Source: Zygophlyctis sp. KS116
Lineage: Eukaryota > Fungi > Chytridiomycota
Length of the DNA: 32,000 bases
Direction of reading: 5' to 3'
Assembly (NCBI GenBank): GCA_054661495.1
Contig: BAAFSQ010000024.1
Coordinates: 1 to 32,000 of the forward strand
A model generated the notes under the pieces. The model had not been told where the DNA came from, ran no database searches, and was given only the letters and a program-made list of their open reading frames with translations. This document shows, one piece after another, positions 23,243 to 32,000 of the stretch. Numbering within the stretch: position 1 is the first letter of the stretch; each line of letters starts with the position of its first letter. Both the position numbers and the translations under genes were made by a program.

Positions 23243-24538
23243 ATGAATAGTAAGCCCAGGGAAAAGTTGTTGTATCTAGAGGGTCTGCGAGGGATCGCTG
23301 CTTATGGAGTCTTTTTAGTTCATTTCCTGGATGGATACTGGGATGAAGGTCTAGAATGGATCAAGTTTTGGCAGGACTTTAATGTTTTTGTGGCACTTTT
23401 CTTTATTCTTTCAGGAAGGATTCTGACGGCTTCCGCTCTAAGATCTAGAAAAATTCATTCTATTGCTATTGCTATTTGTAAACGGCCATGGAGATTGGGA
23501 TTACCTCTGATTGCAGTTACAATTATTAATGCGCTAGTCATGAATTTAAGATATGGAACAGTATATAGTTTTATGCAAACTGTCTTTCATCCAATCTATT
23601 ATATGGTTTATAATGGGGATGTATTAAGTCCGATTCCTGGTGTTGCTTGGACTATGCCTCATGAATTCTTGGGATCAATGGTAGTCTATAGTACGACATT
23701 GATTTTACTCTACTTTGATTCAAAAAAATCAAACTTTATAATTTTGTCAATATTGATTGGATTTACAGTTTTTACTCATACTTGGGTTTCACATTTTCTA
23801 ATTGGTCTAACTTTTGCTGTTTTTAAGAGTGAATTGGGTTTCTTAACTGCTAAAAGAGGCTCTAGAGAATGGATAAATTCTATTTTATTCAAGATTTTAA
23901 CTTGTTTAATTGTATTTTTACTTTGTTTTGATTCTCCAATTGGAATTGGTCGAAATTTTTCAAATTTTGTAAAGAGTCATCAGGTAATAATTAAACTATT
24001 TACTTACTAGTATAATAAAGATGGAAGTTTTGGGGTCGGAGATCACTTTTGGGAGGAATCTGTAAATGTAATGATCATTTCTTCAGCAATTATGTTGCTT
24101 TTAGAAACTACACCATCTTTGCAAAGATTTTTATCGAATTGGTTCTTTTTGTATCTTGCTAGAATTTCTTTTATGCTGTATTTAACACATGGATTTCTGT
24201 ATTGTAATCCTCAAACAAAATCTTATTGGGTGCAAGCCACTCCATTTATGCATACTAGCAATCTAGGAAAATTTACTTATGTTATTTGTGTCAGCTGTAT
24301 ATCTTTTATTTCTTCAGACTTTTTCAGTATTTGGATTGACGGAAGTACACTAGATTTTTCAAATTTCTTTGTTTCGACTATTTTGACTGATGGTTGGGAC
24401 TTTTCTTTGGCACTTTCAACTTGGACACTCTGGCCATCAGGAATTTTTAGATATATTAGAAGCAAGATTCATATTACTTTTGATACATATCGAAAATATT
24501 TTCATTGGAGTCATAAACAGACTATTATTGACTCATAA
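23243..24538 (+). CDS. Acyltransferase-3 (OafA-like) multi-pass membrane O-acyltransferase, 422 aa
   Basis: LEGLRGIAA..V...H, FFILSG, KRPWRL, WT...EF, LARISFMLYLTH; intron 23984-24010. Confidence 0.88.
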
Positions 24539-24934
24539 ATATGTATTTTCTGGAATCTCAATATATTGTTGGTTCATTGTACATTTCTTGAGTGAAATTC
24601 TTCAACTGCGTAGAGACTATCGGTAAAACAAAATCATTTCAATATCTAGATGGCCAAGTTTGATCCCAATACAAAAGATATTTGTAACTTCTACTTTAGC
24701 GTCCAAGATCCTTTGACGTCGCAATACAAGTGCAAATGTGGAAGAGTTTGCATGAAATCAGAGAATAGTTGGCAAAACTTGAGTCACGAAGCCCCCGGAT
24801 AATATGTAGATGTATTTTTCGGAATCCATATATCTAAGATTACTGTTTATGATCGAAATCTTAAATTGCCGCATTGCAAGTGTTTAATTATGTGCCGTAT
24901 TTTAGCCGTTTGATGCCGCTATTCTTTACAAAAA

Positions 24935-25381
24935 ATGAAAACAACCTTTAACCTTGGATTAGCAGTATTTATTGGAATTCTTCAAATAGCTTCTGCAACA
25001 GACACTCAAAATCAAGATGTAGCTGCTGATGATCATGTCGATGCGCCAAATCCTGATTGTGACTTGTTTGATTCAGAAATGCCTGCGTTCGATTCCCTTG
25101 AAGAAGATGAAGAAGATGATATATCTACAGAAACCATTGAAATGCCTGATTATGATACTTACGATTTCCCGACGGACAATGCCTACTTACCAATCTACAA
25201 TACCGATATATTACCATCCGAATCTTCTGCCGTTGATAGTTTTACTACTCCTACAGAAAGCGCAAGCTTTGCCGAACAAACAGAAACTTTAGAGCCTTAT
25301 CTTGATAACTTATCAGAGGGTATGAATTTCGGACATTCAAAAATCATATTGACGCTTAGCGCAATCATGTTTTTCTTATAG
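24935..25381 (+). CDS. Secreted acidic Ser/Thr-rich protein, probable GPI anchor (paralog A), 148 aa
   Basis: Signal-peptide-like N-terminus, D/E/S/T/P-rich body, hydrophobic C-terminus IILTLSAIMFFL. Confidence 0.75.
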   Translation: MKTTFNLGLAVFIGILQIASATDTQNQDVAADDHVDAPNPDCDLFDSEMPAFDSLEEDEEDDISTETIEMPDYDTYDFPTDNAYLPIYNTDILPSESSAVDSFTTPTESASFAEQTETLEPYLDNLSEGMNFGHSKIILTLSAIMFFL

Positions 25382-25433
25382 ACAAAAAAAGATTTATCAA
25401 TTTATTATTTTTAGTTTAGCGATCATCATCAGT

Positions 25434-25451
25434 TCTTTGAATATTCAAAGA
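25434..25451. repeat. 18-bp perfect palindrome
   Basis: TCTTTGAATATTCAAAGA between the two paralogs. Confidence 0.8.
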
Positions 25452-25622
25452 CAAATTGAGTCATAAATTTTCTAATTTTATTTACTGTGCAAGGAAATCT
25501 AAAACATTTCAAATTAAAAAGTGATAAGATTCTTTGATACCAAACTTTCCGCAGACAAATCGTAATTTTGTTGCCGTTTGTTGCCGTATTTTTGCCGTTT
25601 GATGCCGCTATTCTTTACAAAA

Positions 25623-26186
25623 ATGAAAACAACCTTCAACCTTGGATTAGCAGTATTTATTGGAATTCTTCAACTAATATCTGCAACAGACACTCAAAAT
25701 CAAGATGTAGCTGCATATGATACCGATTATGCATTTGCTGAGCCTAGTGCAGACACACTAATAAACCAGGATACATATGATCCGGCTACAGATAATATTC
25801 TACCTAGAAAGAAATGCAGAGATAATTCTCCCCAAAACAATGCTTATGTTCCAAATGCTGCTTATGATGTTTTTCCTACAGAATCATTGCCTCAAACGGT
25901 TCCTGCTTACGATACCTATGATTCTACAGAGACTGCTTATATCCCGAATGCTGCTTATGATGTTGTTCCTACAGAATCACCAGTCCCGACTCCAGAATTA
26001 ATTGCCCATGATACGTATGAATCCATTGCTAGTGACCCCTCAACTACTACATCTGCATCAACATCAGATTATACATCTGCCACTCTGGAAATGCCTTATG
26101 TTGAGGACATTTCCACCTCCAATGCAAGGATAGCTTTTGGACAGGCAAGTTTGATATCAATTTTAGGACTTTTAGCAATTTTATAG
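25623..26186 (+). CDS. Secreted acidic Ser/Thr-rich protein, probable GPI anchor (paralog B), 187 aa
   Basis: ATG 25623 by homology to paralog A; internal repeat AY(V/I)PNAAYDV(F/V)PTES; C-terminal SNA followed by hydrophobic LISILGLLAIL. Confidence 0.75.
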   Translation: MKTTFNLGLAVFIGILQLISATDTQNQDVAAYDTDYAFAEPSADTLINQDTYDPATDNILPRKKCRDNSPQNNAYVPNAAYDVFPTESLPQTVPAYDTYDSTETAYIPNAAYDVVPTESPVPTPELIAHDTYESIASDPSTTTSASTSDYTSATLEMPYVEDISTSNARIAFGQASLISILGLLAIL

Positions 26187-26298
26187 ACAGGTATAGAATT
26201 TAAGACAAATATAGAATTTACGGAATTATTATTTTTCAAAAGATAAAGAGTTTGAAGTTGATTGTTACAAAAACTGCAAATTGACAAACGAAAATTCG

Positions 26299-27169
26299 AT
26301 GGGAATTGAGATCAAACTAATTTCAAAAAGCAAATGCTTCAATGGGCATGTAGTAAAATATTCCTATTTGTCTAGTGCCTTGGGATGTGAAACTAAATTC
26401 AACATCTACTTTCCACCATTGTATGATGGCGATAAGAAGAATCCTGCAATTTACTTCTTATCTGGTCTAACATGTAATGAAGACAATTTTATTACCAAAT
26501 CAGGAGCAATTCAGTCAGCTTCTGAGTTAGGAATAGTATTAATCTGCCCAGATACATCGCCTAGAAATTTAAACATACCTGGGGACAGCGACTCTTGGGA
26601 TTTTGGAGTTGGGGCAGGATATTATGTTGATGCTGTTAAAGATCCTTTTAAGAATTATCAAATGTATACATTCATAACTGTAGAATTAAAATCGCTGTTA
26701 GAATCTGAATTTAATATCGATGGATCTCGTACTAGTATCATGGGACATTCAATGGGGGGACACGGTGCATTGATGATTGCACTCAAAAACCCAAATGCTT
26801 ACAAGTCTGTTTCGGCATTTTCACCTATAAGTAAATCTATTAGATTAATAAAAAGCGAATCCTAGTAACTGTAAATGGGGGATAAAGGCTTTTACCGGAT
26901 ATCTTGGATCTGACGAGGAATATTGGAAAACTTTTGATACTTTTGAATTAGCAAAGAAATATTCTGGTCCTAAAAAATGTATTTTGGTTGATATGGGCTC
27001 AGATGACCCTTTTAAAGATGAATTAAAAGTTGAATTATTAGAAAAAATTTCTAATCCTTTATTGGAATTCAATGTTAGAAATCAAATCAATTATGATCAT
27101 TCTTACTGGTTTATATCAACATTTATTCACGATCATCTAAGTTGGCATGCCTCGCACTTGTTTGAATAA
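26299..27169 (+). CDS. ESD: S-formylglutathione hydrolase (esterase D), 281 aa
   Basis: LSGLTC, PDTSPR, WDFGVGAGYY, GHSMGGHGA, YDHSYWFI; intron 26831-26855. Confidence 0.94.
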
Positions 27170-27206
27170 TAACCTTGACCTATCTAGTTTTCTATTTTCG
27201 GACGAA

Positions 27207-28217
27207 ATGTTTGAAGAATTCACTGATGAAAATGGAGATACCGTCTCTTTTTCTGATCTATTGAGACTGGCCGAAGAAGAAAGAAATCTAAAAGCATTGA
27301 GAATCACTGCTCCTCTTCTTTTTGAGTCTGGAAAAAGTGAAGATTTATTAAAATCCATTAAATTCTTTGAAATTCTAGCGTCTGAATATGAATTATGTGA
27401 AGCAATCATGTTCCTATCATGGTATTTTAAGGAAACAGATCCAGAATTGTCCTTTAAATGGCTAAAAAAGGCTGCAGACTTGAACTACAGTAATGCTGTG
27501 ATCCAAGTGGCACATTCTTATCAGTCACGCTTTCCACTTTCAAACGTTTCTACGTCTTCTAAAACCTCTGAAAATGAAGAAGACGATGATGTAGAGAATT
27601 TAATACATTACTCTCTTCTTGCTAGTAAATCTCAAGATTCAAAATCATGTTTTTACCTTGGCCAAATTCATGAGTCTGGATTTCTAAATTGTGAAAAATC
27701 AATCAAGAAGGCATTAGAATTCTACTTACTTGGATCAGATTCTTATTGTATTTTACGAGCATCTAATATTCTCATGAATGAAAAAGAAATGAATGATACA
27801 TCTAGAGCCATTCAATTAATAGTCTCATCTGCCAGAAAATTTGGAATTCCATCTTTAAAGCCTGTTGCTGATATGATTATGGAAAGTGATCCTCAAGAAG
27901 CATTCATACTTTACAATGAATCCTCTAGTCAAGGAGATGCATTGTCAACAAAAATAGTAGGAGATTGTTATTATTTTGGAATCGGAACAGAATCAAATTT
28001 AGAATCTTCACTAGAATACTATGAATGTGCAATTTCTTTAGGCTCAAATGAAGCACTTTTACCTTGCTTAAGAATTTTATGGGAAAAAAAGGAGAAATCC
28101 AAAGCTTTACAATTATTTCAAAAATTGATAAATACTTTTATGGAGGATCAGTCTAGTTTTAAAAATTTATCTACAGTTGAATGGTATGAAAGATTAGAAA
28201 ATTTCTGTAATTTCTAA
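27207..28217 (+). CDS. SEL1-like repeat protein (alternative in-frame ATG at 27147)
   Basis: [25 protein letters not shown]...[35 protein letters not shown]1-type repeats. Confidence 0.75.
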   Translation: MFEEFTDENGDTVSFSDLLRLAEEERNLKALRITAPLLFESGKSEDLLKSIKFFEILASEYELCEAIMFLSWYFKETDPELSFKWLKKAADLNYSNAVIQVAHSYQSRFPLSNVSTSSKTSENEEDDDVENLIHYSLLASKSQDSKSCFYLGQIHESGFLNCEKSIKKALEFYLLGSDSYCILRASNILMNEKEMNDTSRAIQLIVSSARKFGIPSLKPVADMIMESDPQEAFILYNESSSQGDALSTKIVGDCYYFGIGTESNLESSLEYYECAISLGSNEALLPCLRILWEKKEKSKALQLFQKLINTFMEDQSSFKNLSTVEWYERLENFCNF

Positions 28218-28847
28218 TCAAAAGAATAAATTCTTGATGCAATATCATTAACTATCCAATCCATTCCTTGTAATAATTGATCTCCTGTAACTGCCGAACA
28301 CCCCACAACACTCCAATGATGAGTTTGAATATTCTCTAATTCCAAAATTTCAGCAATTTCTTTCGTAGAACGCGCACAAGGTAAATCCTGCTTGTTACAG
28401 AATATCAATAGTGACGCTCCAGCTAATCTCTAACTTTATAACTTAAAAAATATACTTCTTCTTGTAAAAGAGCATGTAATTCCTTTTTACAATCCAAGAG
28501 TCTATCATGCCGATCACCAGAATCCACAACCCAAATCAGTCCATCTGTAGACTCAAAATAATTTCTCCAGTAAGAACGTATTGATTTTTGACCTCCTTTT
28601 TCTATTATCTAGATAAAATACCAATATCCCATAGATTTAATTTATAAGAATTATATTCCAGCGTTGTAATATTAAATCCCAAAGTTGGAGAAATTCCAGT
28701 TAGAGATTCTCCAGACAGCCTAATTCTTAATAGATGAAAATACTTTGCAACTATTGTCGTCTTTCCAGCATTATCTAATCCTAGAATAAGAAGTCTAGTT
28801 TCCTTTTCGAGGCGTTTAAGTTTCTTTAGCAGCGTCAAGAGTCCCAT
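28214..28847 (-). CDS. ARL2: ADP-ribosylation factor-like protein 2, 185 aa
   Basis: [68 protein letters not shown]; introns 28720-28743, 28596-28621, 28430-28455. Confidence 0.95.
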
Positions 28848-28910
28848 TGAGCGTTTTTCAGGAATTTCAATGGCGTGATTATAGGGCTCTTGGGCGTTTT
28901 AGTTGCACAA

Positions 28911-29359
28911 ATGACTGAAATCACACTACCAGGAATACTACATTTTTTACAATCTGAATGGCGTCGTTTTGAGAGTTTAAGAAATGAATGGCAGATTGAA
29001 AAATCGGATTTACAATCACAGATTATATTGTTGAATGGAGAGAAATCTCATTTGGAAATTAAAGTTGCTGATCTGGAATCACGGATCAAAATGCTCGAGT
29101 TTGCGATTAAACGGTAAGAAATGTCTAGTAATTATAGGAAAAATGAAGGAAATAATTCTGATGATGAAATCAAGGAATCCAATCAGTCAATTAGTGAACA
29201 GGATAAAAAATTGTATTTACCATTTACAAAATCTGTAGCTCAGGCAAGATCTACTGAATTGTTGAAAAAGTAATCTTGTTAATTTTAACTAATAGCTATC
29301 TTCGTGAAGCAAATCAACTTTTGGCATTAACATCTAGTAAGAGTAAAACTGATGGATAA
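28911..29359 (+). CDS. Striatin N-terminal-domain-only protein (STRIPAK), 132 aa
   Basis: TLPGILHFLQSEWRRFE..RNEWQIEK.DLQ..I..L.GE...RIKMLEFAIK, then RSTELLKNYLRE; introns 29114-29137 and 29270-29295; TAA 29357-29359. Confidence 0.85.
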
Positions 29360-29373
29360 AAAATATATTTATT

Positions 29374-30454
29374 TCATGATCCAAAGGTTTCATTTTGCTT
29401 TCTAAAAGATCTTCCTCTACCTCGGCCTCTTCCACGACCTCCTCTTCTAGATCCAGCTGTACCAAAAGTTTCTAGATTTTGACTCTTCTCTTTAGTGACT
29501 CTTTGTCTTCTATCAATATTATCAGAATTACGATCTTTAACTTCACAAGAGATATCATCAAAAAATGAACTTTTTTGATAAAAAACTGAACCAGCACTTT
29601 CTTCTTGAATTGAAGGTTTATCAAATTTAGCATTAGAAGACGCAAAATCAAATTCAGAATCAGGTACAACCACTTTAAAAGATTTTTTTTCTTTTTTTCT
29701 AAATTCTCCAGGTTTTGGTTTTTCAGGAAGATCAAAAGAGACTGTATTTTTCCCATTTGAATTTCTTGAAAGAGTTACATTAATTTCTTTTCTTGATTCC
29801 ATTTCCCTTGATTCATTTTCAAAATTCTTTTGTTTATTATTGCGCATAGACTGTTTTACTTTAACTTTTCCAGTTTCAGAACCTATTATAAAAATTATTG
29901 TAAATACCTTGGTATATATCTAATTCAGGTTTAAGGATCTTGACTGGTGCTGATACAGGAGCTTTAGAAGGAACTATTGAGCTTACTGACACATGAGCTA
30001 AATTTGTAATAGAATTATGACCATTTATTGATGGGTTTGATAGAGTGTTTTGAGGGTTCATCAAATTAGAATCCATCATTCCTAAATTATACCCTAAATT
30101 CTGCTGTTGCCAATACTGTGCCTGTTGTTGCTGATGAAAAGCCATTGCCTGTTGAGCATAGTAAGGATTCATTCCAGGAGGAAGACTATTAAAATTCTGA
30201 TTCCAGTTTGAAGTTTCCTTTGGCGCTGAAATAACATACAAGTCCTTTATATCAGATCCTTTAAAAACAATATAAGAGAAAATCTGATCAGACGGAGGAA
30301 TTATTTCACTTCTTCTATCTTCTGTTCCAAAAGATTTAACTTGCTCTAGAGCAACAGTAGAGTCATTAGGATTAATAGAGTGTAATATTCCCTGGAAGCG
30401 AATGTCAGAGTTTGAAATTAGTCCAATTTCAGATCCAACAAATGGCAAATTCAT
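29374..30454 (-). CDS. SCD6: Scd6/LSM14 P-body protein, 351 aa
   Basis: Lsm domain (ISNSDIRFQG, VKSFGTEDR, YIVFKGSDIKDL), FDF (EFDFASSNAKFDK), FFD (SFFDDISC), TFG (NLETFG) and RGG tail; intron 29883-29907. Confidence 0.93.
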
Positions 30455-30506
30455 AAAAAAATCACTTGTTGCCCTATACAATCAACAAGCTTAGGTTTTA
30501 CATTTT

Positions 30507-32000
30507 ATGATTTCATTATTCATCAATTATAAAGTACAATTTGACAGAATTTCAAACTCTCCTGAATTCATAAAGCATGCTTTACTAGGAAGAGAGTTGA
30601 ACATTGGACAAGAATTGGAAATTTCTAAAAATATTTATACTGTAGCGTCTCTGTCAAATAACAATTCTTTTAGAGTGTTAGAAGACTCGGAAATTGAAAT
30701 TTTACAGGAATTGTCTCTAAAATTCCAGGATTTTCCATACAAGGGATTGCAGCATTTACAGGTTCAAGAATATATTCAAGAGTGGGAAAGGAATAATTTT
30801 AGAAATTCAAATTTATTAATTACTGGGAAATCAGGGACTGGGAAAACTCTGTTGACGGGGCATTTGCCTGTAAATATATATTCTAGAGTCTGTCAGGCTC
30901 ATGAACTCTTGTTTAAACAGAATTTCTCTAGTATTATACAAGAAATGGTGGAATTTGGTCCTTGTATTTTAGTCATTGAAGATGTAGACTTGATTGTAAA
31001 TCAGAAATCAGAAAAAGAGTCTATTTATACAAGTCAAGGTGCAAGGTTATTACAATTGTACAAGGGATTGTTTGATGATTTTATTTTAGTTGAAAATGGG
31101 ATTTTTATAATTGGGACTACAAGACGTCCTCAAGATATACCTCAAAATTGCTTTAATCAGATTATATCTATACAAGGGACAAGTAAGAATTCAAGATTTG
31201 AGATTCTAAAAGAAATTTCCAAGAAATCATTAAGAAATATTAAAGAAAATTCTTTAAATGATGGCATGTTACAAGAAATTGCACATTTAACTCATGGTTA
31301 CACTGGTTCAGATTTACAGAATTTATTTCGGTATGTTTTGATTGAGAAAAAATTGCAAAAAAAAGATTTAGCAGAGGTAAATGTACAAGATTTTAGAAAT
31401 GGAATCAAAGTTGTAAGGCCGGCAGGGCTTTCAGAATATGCTGCAAAGGTTGGATTAAAATGGAAATATTAATTTTTAGATTCCAGAATCCTCATTTTTG
31501 GATATCTTTGGGTTGGATCATCTTTTACTATATTTAAATGTACTTGTAAATTTTAAACTTTAGGAGCATTTGGTATATCCTTTTAATAGGATTACTTGTC
31601 AATCTCAAGATTTGGAAATTCCAAGAGGAATATTAATTCATGGTTCTTCAGGTGTAGGAAAGTCGGCGCTGGCATTTGCTTTAATCAATGAATTAAGTCT
31701 GACTTGTATATATGTGGATGTAATTTTGAAATTTTAACAAGAGTCTCCAAAAATTCGCTCAAAAATTGTGGGAGAATCAGAGTCTAATATCACAACTATT
31801 TTTAATCAAGCAAAATCATGTCGACCTTGTGTAATTCTTATTGATCAGGTATATTTTAAAGTCTAAAATTCAAGATTGATATGATTTTACCTATAAAAGG
31901 AACTGATTCATCTTCTGAAAATACTGGAGAAAGAATGACAGCATGCTTTTTATCAGGTAGAATTGATGTTTTTATACTTAGAATTGGATTCTGCATTTTC
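30507..32000 (+). CDS. CDC48/AFG2-like double-domain AAA+ protein, 3' truncated by window
   Basis: D1 GKSGTGKT, THGYTGSDL; D2 PRGILIHGSSGVGKS, SKIVGESE, PCVILIDQID. Introns 31449-31479, 31540-31563, 31720-31743, 31849-31874, 31957-31981. Confidence 0.85.

Larger units (their letters stand above)
24893..25714. repeat. Dispersed duplication of about 134 bp (24893-25026 and 25582-25714) covering upstream region and signal peptide
   Basis: Near-identical TGCCGTATTTT.GCCGTTTGATGCCGCTATTCTTTAC...ATGAAAACAACC...CAAGATGTAGCTGC in both copies. Confidence 0.92.

Noticed and set aside
26185-26220. Short ATAGAATTTA direct repeat after paralog B
   Set aside because: 10-bp AT-rich repeat, expected by chance or simple slippage.
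16452-30481. Upstream non-ATG starts in the ORF track (696, 16452, 25578, 26281, 28875, 30481)
   Set aside because: Bacterial-style TTG/GTG starts; downstream ATGs in A-rich context match the family N-termini.
696-31472. Alternative genetic code or stop readthrough
   Set aside because: Internal stops all fall inside introns; TAA, TAG and TGA each terminate genes normally.

Overview
AT-rich, extremely compact eukaryotic (fungal-type; an early-diverging, chytrid-like lineage is my inference) genomic window, not prokaryotic. The fragmented ORF track resolves into 22 protein-coding genes once ultra-short spliceosomal introns are removed. I traced 54 introns by hand, all 23-36 nt, and every complete spliced CDS is a multiple of 3. 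Genes in order: Rib2-type deaminase, THOC3, TAF11, UTP20, eIF4A, RRP15, a 6-exon CHY zinc-finger gene missed by the ORF track, Rab2-like GTPase, cyclin, HEM3, mitochondrial carrier, LIN1/CD2BP2, REV3 (13 introns), acyltransferase-3, two tandem secreted/GPI-like paralogs, S-formylglutathione hydrolase, SEL1-repeat protein, ARL2, a WD40-less mini-striatin, Scd6/LSM14 and a partial CDC48/AFG2-like AAA protein. The largest intergenic gap (14641-15349) hides three box C/D snoRNAs (snR41-, snR70- and U24-like), apparently in introns of a non-coding host or the HEM3 leader. Most notable: an apparent length-ruler for splice-acceptor choice (first AG at least 23 nt from the donor), the rearranged snoRNA cluster with a decayed U24 guide, an in-frame intron inside the REV3 catalytic motif, genes packed with 14-bp divergent spacing or overlapping stops, and an AAA protein with a natural Walker B E-to-Q change. 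All calls come from manual reading and recalled family motifs; no searches were run.
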